From Clostridia bacterium (lineage in GTDB: Bacteria > Bacillota > Clostridia > Oscillospirales > Acutalibacteraceae): a stretch of DNA of 49,329 nt. The position numbers were made by a program, and so were the translations under genes. Under the pieces are notes generated by a model that worked only from the letters and a program-made list of their open reading frames with translations, had not been told where the DNA came from and did not search any database. Positions 9,496 to 18,847 of this stretch are shown here, piece by piece (the first letter of the stretch is position 1; every line of letters starts with the position of its first letter). The DNA lies in the NCBI GenBank assembly GCA_900766945.1, contig CAAFXD010000183.1:1-49329 (forward strand). Direction: 5' to 3'.

Positions 9496-10508
9496 TATCG
9501 TGCACCTCCCTTCGTCGGCAGGGGAATACTCTCTTTTTGACGCGGAGTGTATTTTAACGCCCAGTTTCCGGCAGTTTTAATCTCAGAGCCGGTTACCTTG
9601 CGAAGGGAACGGTTATTTTTATCGACCACTTCATAAAGATGTGTATCTCGAAGATCGGCGCGAATTGATTTGCCGCCATCTGCTTCCATAGAAACAATAT
9701 CACTTTTCGGGACAATCAATCTTTCTGCTTTTTTTGTGCCGGGTATGGTTAATATAACCTTATCTTCCGTTTCTGATACAAACAAGGAGTCTTTGTTTGC
9801 CGAAATCGGAATTAACCGACCATCACGCCGCGCTGCCACAACATAGGCTTTTTGCAGATTTTTCTCGACACCCGTATCAGGGTTAAAAGTTAGGTCGAAA
9901 GGATTGGATTCGCTTGAGTTCGGCTCCGATCGAAGCGAAGGGGCGACCGGAGCCGGCGAGGGGTTTGCTCTTTCGTTGACAGTTATGCCGTCCTCCGATA
10001 CGGTGACATCAACGCCTTTGGCTGTACCGTCTTTCAAAGCTTCCTCATATGCTTCCGGCGATATTTCCTCAATTTGCATATCATAAGGAACTACAGAGGC
10101 AATACCGAGACTTTCCGCTAAACGAACAAAACGGTCAGCATCCTCTTTGCGAACCGAAATTTCTACGCGACCGTCTGCTTTCATTTCTTTGGTTGCCTTA
10201 TATTGCATATAGGGAATATGCAGGCGCTTTAATTCCGGTTTTAATTTATCCATATCACTTTTAGATAAAGGAAAAACCGAACTGGATACAAAACTATTGA
10301 GGAAAGCCCGCGTATTTACTTTCCCACCAAGTTTTTGTTTGCCTTTGTTTCGTTCGTAAAGTGTTCTTATTCCGGCAAACAGTAAGGCAAGGCTTTTGGT
10401 CGCTGCCTCTCCTGTAAACCTAAAACAATATTGCAGTCCTTCCATTGTCATTCGGACAATGATATCGGTTGCTTCAGCTTCTGCTGACATTTTCATCATT
10501 CCTTTCAT
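9495..10508 (-). CDS. PcfB-like (DUF3801-type) conjugation protein
   Basis: The N-terminal region resembles PcfB/DUF3801, and the gene sits between the relaxase and coupling protein genes. The real start is possibly the ATG at 10490 (AAGGAA SD). Confidence 0.5.
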   Translation of the reverse strand: MKGMMKMSAEAEATDIIVRMTMEGLQYCFRFTGEAATKSLALLFAGIRTLYERNKGKQKLGGKVNTRAFLNSFVSSSVFPLSKSDMDKLKPELKRLHIPYMQYKATKEMKADGRVEISVRKEDADRFVRLAESLGIASVVPYDMQIEEISPEAYEEALKDGTAKGVDVTVSEDGITVNERANPSPAPVAPSLRSEPNSSESNPFDLTFNPDTGVEKNLQKAYVVAARRDGRLIPISANKDSLFVSETEDKVILTIPGTKKAERLIVPKSDIVSMEADGGKSIRADLRDTHLYEVVDKNNRSLRKVTGSEIKTAGNWALKYTPRQKESIPLPTKGGAR

Positions 10509-11844
10509 TCTTTTCAGAGTCTGTCGTGAACGGTTGAGAACTTTCGTTTTGTGATTTTTGTATCATCCCTTTCTGTATAATGCTTGCTTGCTGATTTGCT
10601 TTTTTTGTGCGGGCGGAACGCTCATAAATCCGTTCGCAAGACTTCATCTGTCTATTCACCCTTTGAAGTAATGAGTTGATTGCAACAATTTGCGACTGTA
10701 ATGTTTTCGCTGTTTCCACAGTATCGCACATACCTAATGCTTCGCGTAATGTTAAGCGTTTAGCATATAGCCCTTTTCGTTGTTCGTCGAGGGTATAATA
10801 GAATTCCGCCAGTTGGTCGACGCTATCAATTTGATTATCAAAAAGTAAATTTGCATCTTCTGCAAATTCCCGAAAGAGGTTCGTATCGCGCCGTACCTGC
10901 ACTGGCATTTTACGCTGCATCTGCGTAGAAGCACCAAGCAAATTTCGCAAGCGATAAAGATACACATAATAGAGCCCTCGAAATCCGCCTTTTGCTTTGA
11001 GAGGATATTTGGTTTTTACGCGATAGGTTTTCACCTGAATCCGAATCGGTTTTATTTCGGGTTGCTTTACTATCCGTCTGCCGGTATAAAGTATTCTTTC
11101 CGTAATATCCTCTTCGCTGTATCCTTTTCCGAGTTTATACAAACGAAAATGTGCGTTTGTACCGGGAGGAGATAAGCTGATGTATTTGCCCCGGTGATAA
11201 ACTGTATATCCGCACTGACTTAATTCGTCCAATAAGCCTTTGAGCGTACTAACGCACGGAATCAATGCATCAATATCTTCTCTTATCATTCCGCGCCAAG
11301 TAAAGCCGCCGTTTTTATCAATAATCCATTCGGCATAACTTTTTCCTTTGTTCTCGGGGGACTCAACCACTGATAGATTGTGTGCGCGACAAATGCGGTC
11401 ATTTTCTTCCCGCATACGGCGAATAAAATCGTGGTCAGTTTGTAGTTTTTTTCCGTCAAGCAGATTAACGGAATTAACTACAAAGTGATTGTGTAAATGC
11501 GCTTGATCGAGATGAGTGCATACAACAACCTGATAACCACAGCTGCCAAATAATGCCTGAGCCAATTCAATGCCGCATTGGTGTGCTTCCGCTGGCGAAG
11601 TTTCCCCCGGCTTAAAGCTTTGCTCAAAATGATACGCATAGTTCCCACTGTTTTTATCCCAACGATCTCGGACCACTTTAAACTGTTCAGCGGTACCGAC
11701 AACAGAGCAGTTGATAGAGTCAACATACAAGCATTTTTCATCGGTCGTTTTTTCAGGGTTTATTGCATATCGAATTAGTTTAACGACAGCCGTTTGCGTT
11801 TTGGGCGGTTTGGGTAATCTTTTCGTCGTTGCCAAACAAATCAC
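10474..11844 (-). CDS. MobA/VirD2-family relaxase
   Basis: Histidine motif THLDQAHLHNHFVVNSV. GTG start overlaps the MobC stop (GTGA). Confidence 0.8.
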   Translation of the reverse strand: MICLATTKRLPKPPKTQTAVVKLIRYAINPEKTTDEKCLYVDSINCSVVGTAEQFKVVRDRWDKNSGNYAYHFEQSFKPGETSPAEAHQCGIELAQALFGSCGYQVVVCTHLDQAHLHNHFVVNSVNLLDGKKLQTDHDFIRRMREENDRICRAHNLSVVESPENKGKSYAEWIIDKNGGFTWRGMIREDIDALIPCVSTLKGLLDELSQCGYTVYHRGKYISLSPPGTNAHFRLYKLGKGYSEEDITERILYTGRRIVKQPEIKPIRIQVKTYRVKTKYPLKAKGGFRGLYYVYLYRLRNLLGASTQMQRKMPVQVRRDTNLFREFAEDANLLFDNQIDSVDQLAEFYYTLDEQRKGLYAKRLTLREALGMCDTVETAKTLQSQIVAINSLLQRVNRQMKSCERIYERSARTKKANQQASIIQKGMIQKSQNESSQPFTTDSEKNERNDENVSRS

Positions 11845-12161
11845 ATCCGTTCCAAAAACGCTTTCATTATCTCTTCAAAAGTCGAAACTGCTTGTGCGTA
11901 TTTTTCGACATTTATAACGCGCATTGTATGTGCACGCCGCGCGATTTGGTTTAAATTGTTACCAATCGAATACAACTGCGCAAGCATATCTTTTTCATAA
12001 TCTCCTATTTCTTTGGACTTCGGAGTTTTCTCGGCAAGTAGTTTGCGTAGATAGGACTCTTTGGAAAGACCCGAGCGTTCCAAATTGTAGAGGAAAAAAT
12101 CGTACTCATCATCATTCAGGCGAACTTGTACGCGATGTGTGCGTTCTCTGTGCTCACTCAT
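11841..12161 (-). CDS. mobC: MobC-family relaxosome accessory protein
   Basis: RVQVRLNDDEYDFFLYNLERSGLSKESYLRKLL and NLNQIARRAH are typical MobC signatures. ATGA overlap with the upstream gene. Confidence 0.7.
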   Translation of the reverse strand: MSEHRERTHRVQVRLNDDEYDFFLYNLERSGLSKESYLRKLLAEKTPKSKEIGDYEKDMLAQLYSIGNNLNQIARRAHTMRVINVEKYAQAVSTFEEIMKAFLERM

Positions 12162-12376
12162 TTGTTCTTACCTCCTTGATCTTCGGGCGGCGCATTATTG
12201 TATAACATTTTCAGCGCATCAATTTCACACGGCTTGATGTTCCTGGCAATCAGTCGCAAACCCAACCTGAGAATTTCAGCACGAGACAAATGTGTCTGTT
12301 CGGAAACATACGATAACAAGCCCATATCGTAGGGCGACATCCGAATCAGCATTTGCTGAGTTTTGTTTTCACACAT
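12158..12376 (-). CDS. Small ribbon-helix-helix-like DNA-binding protein (first gene of the relaxosome operon)
   Basis: MLIRMSPYDMGLLSYVSEQTHLSRAEILRLGL shows a strand-helix-helix pattern. GGAGGTGA SD. Confidence 0.45.
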   Translation of the reverse strand: MCENKTQQMLIRMSPYDMGLLSYVSEQTHLSRAEILRLGLRLIARNIKPCEIDALKMLYNNAPPEDQGGKNK

Positions 12377-12465
12377 TTTTTCACCTCCGTTTCAAATTTT
12401 AGTGTGATAAAATCGCCTACTGCAATTCCTTTTGTCCGAAGTCCAGTGTTCGGCGTGGCAAGCAA

Positions 12466-12491
12466 GGGATTTGGGTGACCACCCAAATCCC
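12466..12491. promoter_or_regulatory. Candidate oriT inverted repeat of the outer element
   Basis: Perfect 12-bp inverted repeat GGGATTTGGGTG-AC-CACCCAAATCCC, flanked by imperfect GCAAGC/GCTTGT arms. It lies in the 167-bp gap upstream of the RHH-MobC-relaxase operon. No U-tract follows it. Confidence 0.45.
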
Positions 12492-12543
12492 GCTTGTCAG
12501 GGAGCACCCTGAAACCCCGTAATAAATAACAACAAAATTACAA

Positions 12544-13665
12544 TTAAACCTCGGGAAAATAAAGTGAGTTTTTCCCGTGTTTTTCCGTATTTTGTTGCCT
12601 TGATTTATTGGAAAAACCATCAAAACGAACAGCTGTTTTGATGGTTTTTGCGCCAAATATTTTTTCCACTTGAGGGAATGTTGATTGAAGTACACACATA
12701 TTACATATTCCCCCTGTATAAAAAACAGAGTGCGGAATTTTTCTTAAAGGGCTATCCAAAGGCGTGTGCAAGTGCACATAATCGTCATAAGAAATATCAA
12801 TGGAATAAATGATTTCACCTTTCGTTTTTGCCCATCTACAAAGCTCGAAATATCGAATTTTCGATGGTTGAAACCGAATGCTACCGTCCAAAATCCCTTG
12901 TAAATCTTTTTGTGGATTTAGCCCGAATAGAGGTACTTTTAAAAGAGAAACATCATCAACAGCACGGCGTAAAAGTTTGCATTTTTCGTTCAATTCCTGT
13001 GCGAAATGAATATTGCGATCATTTGTTTCCACGAAACCTCGCGCAAATGTTTCACCGCCAATTTCTGCGAAAAGTTTGAAATCACAAAGAAGGGCTGTAT
13101 AATAATCCTCCCTTTCGTTAAGCAAAGGATACCAAACATGTTGTTTTAAAATGTTGTGATAACCGACTGTATCTGCTTTTCTGAATTCATTAAAGGGCAG
13201 GCTGTATTTTTTTTCAAATGCATCAACCTGTTCTTGCTTATCTACATACAGTACAATATCGGCAAAAGGTGCCGGTTGTTCACCGGTTACTGCTATTGAA
13301 ATATTCAAATTTTTGCTTGTTCTATCCGGTTGTATTCCGAGTTTTCTCCACTCAAAATCCCACAATTCTTTGCTGTTCCTTTGGCGAATATCGCGTCTGA
13401 TACCATAGTAATCGGCAAGTTTCTGCATAGCAGTTTTCCGATCGCATTGTTCCATAACCTGTACGAGCGTTATAGTGTCACCACCAACACCTCCGCCAAA
13501 ATCATACCAAGAATTATCAGGGTAAACACAGCAAGACTCAGTACGCTCCGGTCGTATTTTACAGTAAAATCGATTGCCCTTTTGATGTAGTTCGACACCG
13601 TAAATGTCTCGTAAAAGTTCTGAAAGTGGGATTTGTTTCAACCGTTCAATGTAATCATCTGACAT
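12544..13665 (-). CDS. Protein with a degenerate DnaG-type CHC2 zinc-finger-like N-terminus
   Basis: YCKIRPERTESCCVYPDNSWYDFGGGVGGDTITLV aligns with the CPFHxEKTPSFxV...CFGCGxxGDxIxF pattern, but most zinc ligands are replaced. I prefer the ATG at 13665 (GGAAAGGG SD). The track ORF extends to 13734. Confidence 0.5.
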   Translation of the reverse strand: MSDDYIERLKQIPLSELLRDIYGVELHQKGNRFYCKIRPERTESCCVYPDNSWYDFGGGVGGDTITLVQVMEQCDRKTAMQKLADYYGIRRDIRQRNSKELWDFEWRKLGIQPDRTSKNLNISIAVTGEQPAPFADIVLYVDKQEQVDAFEKKYSLPFNEFRKADTVGYHNILKQHVWYPLLNEREDYYTALLCDFKLFAEIGGETFARGFVETNDRNIHFAQELNEKCKLLRRAVDDVSLLKVPLFGLNPQKDLQGILDGSIRFQPSKIRYFELCRWAKTKGEIIYSIDISYDDYVHLHTPLDSPLRKIPHSVFYTGGICNMCVLQSTFPQVEKIFGAKTIKTAVRFDGFSNKSRQQNTEKHGKNSLYFPEV

Positions 13666-13773
13666 ATTTTTTCCCTTTCCAACGCAAAAAAGAGAAGTTC
13701 TTTTTCGGAACTTCTCTTTTTTGATGTTGTGCAACTGAATTGTATTTATCGCTGAATTTGATTTAACTGTACA

Positions 13774-14259
13774 TTAGCGTACCATATCATCTTTTTGCTG
13801 AGATTTCTTTGCCAACGGCGGTTTTAAACTGGCTGCGGACACTTTTTCTTGAATTGCCTGCTCGTATAAATGGTATGCGCACTCATTAGGTGTTTCTGCG
13901 CAGTCGATCTTCATCTCGACATAATCAATCAAGCCCTGCTTTTCATCAGGTGACAGTAATGAAAAAACGACTTGCTCAGGATATACAGAACAGAGGTTAA
14001 TTATAGCGCCAATGTTTACAGTCTTTGGCGAACGGTCGGTTGCAAATTCGCATAAATACGCATAAGCGGTTTTCATTTTCGCAAATGTTACAGGTTGCTT
14101 ATGAGAAAACTCCACACCAACAAAAGCATCAGCATCGAGAATATAATCACCATTATGCCATCGTTTTGCGACAATATCGTGAGCTTCTTCCCGGCTATTG
14201 GCGTCTATTGTGACTTTTTTTTGCAGTGTTTCCGTAATCATTACATCGTATTGTTCCAT
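13774..14259 (-). CDS. DpnD/PcfM-like protein with a C-terminal extension
   Basis: MEQYDVMITETLQKKVTIDANSREEAHDIVAKRWHNGDYILDADAFVGVEF fits the DpnD/PcfM N-terminal pattern. AAGGAGTGA SD. Confidence 0.55.
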   Translation of the reverse strand: MEQYDVMITETLQKKVTIDANSREEAHDIVAKRWHNGDYILDADAFVGVEFSHKQPVTFAKMKTAYAYLCEFATDRSPKTVNIGAIINLCSVYPEQVVFSLLSPDEKQGLIDYVEMKIDCAETPNECAYHLYEQAIQEKVSAASLKPPLAKKSQQKDDMVR

Positions 14260-14286
14260 TAATAATTCACTCCTTATCGTTTTTTG

Positions 14287-15918
14287 CTATATGCACACTT
14301 CTTCGTGCCTATGTGTTTTGCTTTTTGGCTCGGTAGTTTCTTCGTCCTCATCGAGCTCGCCGCCGACGATTTCGTTCTCACGCTTATCCACATTGAGCAG
14401 TGCATTGAGTTCGTTTAGCCTTGCGGTTTTGGCTTTAAGTTCTTCTTCCTGATTAAACGGTTTTTCCACATCAGCCTTTGCCGTTTCAAACTGCTTTTGG
14501 GTATTTTCAAGTGTCTGCTCGTTTATTTCCAAACGCTTCGGAAGTCCCTCAAGAGCGTTATCCAAACGGGTAATATTGCCGAAGGTGTCCGTACCAAGCG
14601 ACACGGAATAACCAAGTTCGCCTTTTAGCTTTACTTTGTATTCCTGTGCCAAAGTGTCAAAAGAAAGTTCCATTTGAAATCCACGGTATTCGCCGAGAGG
14701 AACCGGATCGGGACTCGTCATAGCCTGACACGCATCGAGAATTGCATTGCCGGCATCCGCTTTCTCTGAATAGAAAACATCCTTGACCGTCATTCCGATA
14801 AAACTATCATCAAGCGGTTTCGGGTGCTGATTTACTCTCTCCATATCGGATTTCAAGCCCTCTATTGTATCAGTCAATCTTGCGATTTCCTGTGGGAAAA
14901 ACTTGATAATCTTATCTTCAAGAGCATATTTTTCAGAGAGAAAGTTGGACTTTAACAAGCGTAATTTTTGCACGCGAATATCCAAATCCATTTTCTCTTT
15001 AATATGCGGATTGCCTGTCGCAAGCATTTTGATTTCAGCATAGGACAGTGCGGTTTCGTCAATATCCTCGCAGGAACGGACGGGTGATTTACTTGTCATA
15101 ATTTGTGAAGAAAACTTTTGTTTTCCTTCGACAAGCTGATACAGATATGCATCAAAAGTCTGTTCCGTAACATACCTGTATATATCCACTTCGGGATTTT
15201 CATTCCCCTGACGAACTATTCGTCCGAGCCTTTGTTCAAGGTCGGATGGGCGCCAAGGACAATCGAGATCGTGTAAAGCAATAAGTTTGTTTTGCACATT
15301 CGTTCCTGCACCCATTTTTTGCGTAGAACCCATAAGCAACCGGACTTCACCTTTGCGGGTTTTCTTAAAGAGGTCCAGTTTTTTTGCTTCTGTGTCAGCT
15401 TCGTGAATAAACTTGATTTCACTTTCGGGTATCCCGCGCTCAATCAATTTTTTGCGGATATCCGTATAGACGGAGAAAGTGTCATCGCCTTTTGGAGTGG
15501 AAAGGTCGCAAAAAAACAACTGTGCAGCATATTTGTCCTGTCCTTCTTTCCAAATACGGTAGATATTTTCGACGCAGGCATTGAGTTTACTTCCCTCAAA
15601 ATCAGGAAGAGTATCATTGATAAGTCGCTGATCAAGTGCCAGTTTTCTGCCGTCATTTGTGATTTTGAGCATATTATCCACGCTTGCGTCTACCAAACCT
15701 TGCCGCACTCGGTCTGCTCTTTCGGAGAGTTTTGCAACCATTTCCTTTTGCATTTCGGACGGTTTCACGGCAATGTTGTGGAAATTTGCTCTCGGAACCG
15801 GAAGGTTAAGCATATCCGCGGTCTTAATGTCAGCGACTTCTTTGAACATCGCCATAAGTTCAGGCAGGTTGTAGAACCTTGCGAACCTTGTCTTTGCTCG
15901 GTAGCCTGTTCCTTCGGG
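14287..15918 (-). pseudogene. C-terminal fragment of the polyvalent MTase/SNF2 gene, severed by the transposon insertion
   Basis: The open frame continues upstream of the ATG at 15855 as ...PLPEGTGYRAKTRFARFYNLPEL-MAMFKEV with no start codon. It carries helicase motif VI (QRLGRIVRQGN). A 522-aa product from the internal ATG at 15855 remains possible. Confidence 0.8.
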
Positions 15919-15926
15919 GAGCGGTT

Positions 15927-15932
15927 TGTCAA
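15927..15932 (-). promoter_or_regulatory. -35 half (TTGACA) of the circle-junction promoter
   Basis: The minus strand reads TTGACA 8 nt inside the left end. It pairs with TATAAT at 23161-23156 only when the ends are joined. Confidence 0.6.
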
Positions 15933-16117
15933 GATGTTTTCCGCATATTCTCTAAATTAAATTTTTCGGCGGTGGTAATGCCGCCTAAAACCTCCTGCCT
16001 GCAAAGGTCAGAAAGTGCCTTTTCAAGCGGTTTTTTCGCTGTTTCAGCCTGTTTTACGCAGACGATATAGGTCGTGTTTCCAATCCTTAATTCGTAACTT
16101 GAATTTGTGTTTTCCAT
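15929..16117 (-). CDS. tnpW: TnpW-like small protein (62 aa)
   Basis: MENTNSSYELRIGNTTYIVCVKQAETAKKPLEKALSDL... resembles TnpW (RIGxTTYxV). AAAGGAGGG SD before the ATG at 16117. The longer track ORF (to 16297) has no SD. Confidence 0.6.
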   Translation of the reverse strand: MENTNSSYELRIGNTTYIVCVKQAETAKKPLEKALSDLCRQEVLGGITTAEKFNLENMRKTS

Positions 16118-16309
16118 TTTCGTTTTCCCTCCTTTTTCGGTTTTTGCGGTCTGAAAAGAGAAAAGGCGGCTTCGACCTCCGGGTTCTAAATGAAAATCCC
16201 AAGCGTCAAAACCGCCGTTTACTGCCCGAAAAAGAGTATCGGGGCATATTCTCTTTCCCTGTCTAAAGCAAGAGGACAAGAATACATAGTGTCCCATCGA
16301 AAAGGACGC

Positions 16310-17578
16310 TTACCTCTCCCAATCGTCCCTCGATTTTCGTTTCCGTGCCGGCTTCGGCTGCTCTCTTTCCTCTGCCCGTTCCTTTTGCGGGAACAGCGTC
16401 TCGAAGAATGCCTTAACCTTGTCGGGGAAGCGTTGCAAAGCCAGCAGATAGGGCTTCGTAATCTCAACAAGCCGCTCATACTTCTCCGTCACCTCCGCAA
16501 GCCGCTCCTTCACATTGGACAGCTGGGCACTCAAATCCATTGCCTTATTTCGGTAGTAGCTTACGCTCCTCTCCAAGTCGTGGATCTCCGAGCGTGAAGA
16601 AACGCCCTCTTTGGCAAGGGCTTTCAGGCTGTCCAGTTCCTGTTTGGAAACGGTGTACTTGCCTGTGATGCCCTTGCTGCCGAGAGCGTCGATTTCGGCA
16701 TAGGTTGCCGATACCTTGTGTTTTACCTTGACCTCACCGGATACCTCCGCAAGCTCCTTTTTCGCCTCCTTGACCTTCTGCTTTGTCTGGGCAAGGCGTT
16801 CCTTATCTTTTTCTATCTGGAAGTCGAGACTGTCCAAATGCTCCGCCGTACTGCCCAGCTCGCCACGCTCAAAGCCCGTAAATCCCGCCGCCGTCATGTG
16901 TTCAAAAAGCTGGTCTTGGAGGACGGAATAGGACTTTCGGAACACAGGCTTCCCGTACTGGTTGACAGCCTGCTGTCCGTTCTCGTCCAGAACAGGGACG
17001 GTGTTCTTCCACTTTTTCGAGTGGGAGACTTGGTTGATGACTTCCTTGACCGTACCCCGCAGCGCTTCGTCCTTGCACCGTTTCGACCAGCGGATTTCTT
17101 TTCGGACGGTGGGGATTGCAACGATATGGAGGTGGTAATGGTAGACCGGCTTTCCCAGTTCCTCCGACACCGCCTTGTTGATTTCATCGGCGTGCATGAC
17201 CGCCGAGACGATGTTCTCCTCCCCGTAAATCCTGCAGGCAAAGCGGTAGGCTTCCTCATAAAAATGCCTTGCGTACTCATAGCCGCCCCGTTCCTCAAAG
17301 TACCTCGTGTTCACATCGACGACCATTTCATTGAAGCGTATCGCCCCCTCTTTCTGACCCCTCGTGGAGATTTTCCCCTCGTCGATGAGCTTCTGGAAAT
17401 ACTCGTTGTAGGTCAGTCCTCCCGTGTCCTTGTAATGGACATTGAGCGGTATCCGCTCCACATCCACATTGAGATTTGCATAGCTTTCGTTCTTACGCTC
17501 GTTGTGTCTTTCGTTTTTCTGCACCGTCGCAGCGGTGATTCTTTCCACCCGTACAACGCTGAAGTTTTCTTCCGCCAT
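16310..17578 (-). CDS. tnpZ: Mob/Pre (MOBV) relaxase, TnpZ-like
   Basis: N-terminal VVRVERITAATVQKNERHNER, HYHLHIVAIP histidine motif, coiled-coil C-terminus. GGAGGTGA SD. Confidence 0.8.
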   Translation of the reverse strand: MAEENFSVVRVERITAATVQKNERHNERKNESYANLNVDVERIPLNVHYKDTGGLTYNEYFQKLIDEGKISTRGQKEGAIRFNEMVVDVNTRYFEERGGYEYARHFYEEAYRFACRIYGEENIVSAVMHADEINKAVSEELGKPVYHYHLHIVAIPTVRKEIRWSKRCKDEALRGTVKEVINQVSHSKKWKNTVPVLDENGQQAVNQYGKPVFRKSYSVLQDQLFEHMTAAGFTGFERGELGSTAEHLDSLDFQIEKDKERLAQTKQKVKEAKKELAEVSGEVKVKHKVSATYAEIDALGSKGITGKYTVSKQELDSLKALAKEGVSSRSEIHDLERSVSYYRNKAMDLSAQLSNVKERLAEVTEKYERLVEITKPYLLALQRFPDKVKAFFETLFPQKERAEEREQPKPARKRKSRDDWER

Positions 17579-17616
17579 TTACATCACCTCCGATTCTGCG
17601 GAAAGGGAGGGGGAGC

Positions 17617-17674
17617 GGTTACGCAACTTTTTCAAAGTGCGTAACCCACTATGACACTTTCAGCAAGCTGAAAG
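17617..17674. promoter_or_regulatory. Candidate RSA/oriT of the transposon
   Basis: 9-bp inverted repeat GGTTACGCA-N12-TGCGTAACC (17617-17646), whose right arm contains AGTGCGTAA and resembles the MOBV nick core GTGTG/T. A second hairpin CTTTCAG-CAAG-CTGAAAG lies at 17657-17674. Both are directly upstream of the Mob gene. Confidence 0.45.
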
Positions 17675-17758
17675 ATGTCGTGGGCAAGGGCTTTCCCCCC
17701 TTGACCTCCCTTAGTGCGGCTTCCGCTCTGCTTTCCGTGCACCGTTCCCCGGCAGCGC

Positions 17759-18772
17759 TCAAAAAGGCAGCTCGTCGCCGCCCTGCGGCAAAGACCAAAA
17801 CCAACTGAAACGGCGTTTGGTTGACACCACGCCGAGGATTGCTTTTGCCTTCTTTGCCGTCGAACTACTGATGTCCGCTTCACGGAGCTTCGCTTCACAC
17901 TCGGACGCTTCGTGTTCCTGACCGTCCGACAGCAGTTCCCTGAGAAGCTGCACGGCGGCGTCCGTTTTCACATTCGGTCTGCCGCTTTTCTGCGGCATTG
18001 AAGCGAGAAGCTCGTCCGCCGTTTTCTCCGTCTGCCGGATGAAGCGCACGCCGTCTTCGTCAACCGAAAATACAATCGCCATCCCCGTCGGCGCAAGGTT
18101 CGCTTTCTGTTGGACAAGGATACGCTCGTCCTCGCTGTCCTTGCTCCTGCCGATGAGCAGTGCGCTCCTTACCGCCCCCACGATGTCGATGGAGCCGGGT
18201 GTGCGGTAGATTGCTTTCGTGCCGAACATCTTGTTCAGATGGTTGATGACGATGATGGCGCAGCCTGTCTCTTTCGCTATGCGGATCAGGCAGTTAAAGC
18301 GTGGGCGGACTTCATTGGCGGCGTTGATCTGGCAGTCCCCAATATAGGAGGAGAGCGGGTCAAGGATGAAAAGCCTTGCTCCCGTCTCTCGGATAGCGGA
18401 GAGGATACGCCCATCGTCAAAGGTCAGCGGGCTTTCCTTTTCGCTGATGAACAGCAGTCGATTCCTGTCCCCATTCGCCTTGATGAAGCGGGGGACAATG
18501 GTATCATCGGCATCGTCCTCCGTGGTCTGGTAAATGATATTGACAGGCGCAGGCGGCTCGTCCGTCTCCGTAAACGGCAGCGGCTCGCCCTTTGTGAGCA
18601 GGGCGGCGATGGTCAGCATAAAGGTGCTTTTCCCATCGCCGGGGTCGCCCTGCACCAGCGTCACCTTGCCGTAGGGGATAAACGGATACCACAGCCACTC
18701 AATTTCCCTCGGCTCGATTTCGCTCGCCCTGATGATTTCAAGGCTGGCATTGTTCTGATTTGCATTCTGCAT
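17759..18772 (-). CDS. tnpY: RepA/AAA_25-like P-loop ATPase, TnpY-position
   Basis: Walker A GDPGDGKST and Walker B LFILDPLSS. GGAAAGGAG SD. Confidence 0.7.
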   Translation of the reverse strand: MQNANQNNASLEIIRASEIEPREIEWLWYPFIPYGKVTLVQGDPGDGKSTFMLTIAALLTKGEPLPFTETDEPPAPVNIIYQTTEDDADDTIVPRFIKANGDRNRLLFISEKESPLTFDDGRILSAIRETGARLFILDPLSSYIGDCQINAANEVRPRFNCLIRIAKETGCAIIVINHLNKMFGTKAIYRTPGSIDIVGAVRSALLIGRSKDSEDERILVQQKANLAPTGMAIVFSVDEDGVRFIRQTEKTADELLASMPQKSGRPNVKTDAAVQLLRELLSDGQEHEASECEAKLREADISSSTAKKAKAILGVVSTKRRFSWFWSLPQGGDELPF

Positions 18773-18826
18773 TTTGTTCTCCTTTCCGTCCTTGCCGGGA
18801 CATAAAAAAGCCCCTGCTTTCTGTCA

Positions 18827-18847
18827 ATTTTCGGGGCGATTTTCGGG
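18827..18847. repeat. Tandem 9-bp direct repeat (minus-strand CCCGAAAAT x2, 12-bp period) abutting a TTGACA
   Basis: ATTTTCGGG occurs at 18827-18835 and 18839-18847 on the plus strand. The minus-strand TTGACA at 18827-18822 is followed 17 nt later by a weak TATGTC, upstream of the TnpY-like gene. Confidence 0.4.

Noticed and set aside
12417-12695. 92-aa minus-strand ORF spanning the oriT-candidate gap and the 3' end of the primase-like gene.
   Set aside because: It overlaps a better-supported ORF in another frame, runs through the perfect inverted repeat, and has no SD.
17632-17898. 88-aa Arg-rich minus-strand ORF over the transposon oriT region.
   Set aside because: It overlaps the 3' end of the TnpY-like gene and the hairpins. 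Its composition suggests a chance open frame in GC-rich DNA.
16718-18805. Long plus-strand ORFs (308 aa and 231 aa) antisense to the Mob and TnpY-like genes.
   Set aside because: They are typical antisense open frames of GC-rich coding DNA. They are Arg/Leu-rich, have no SD (one starts at a TTG), and the opposite-strand genes have clear catalytic motifs.
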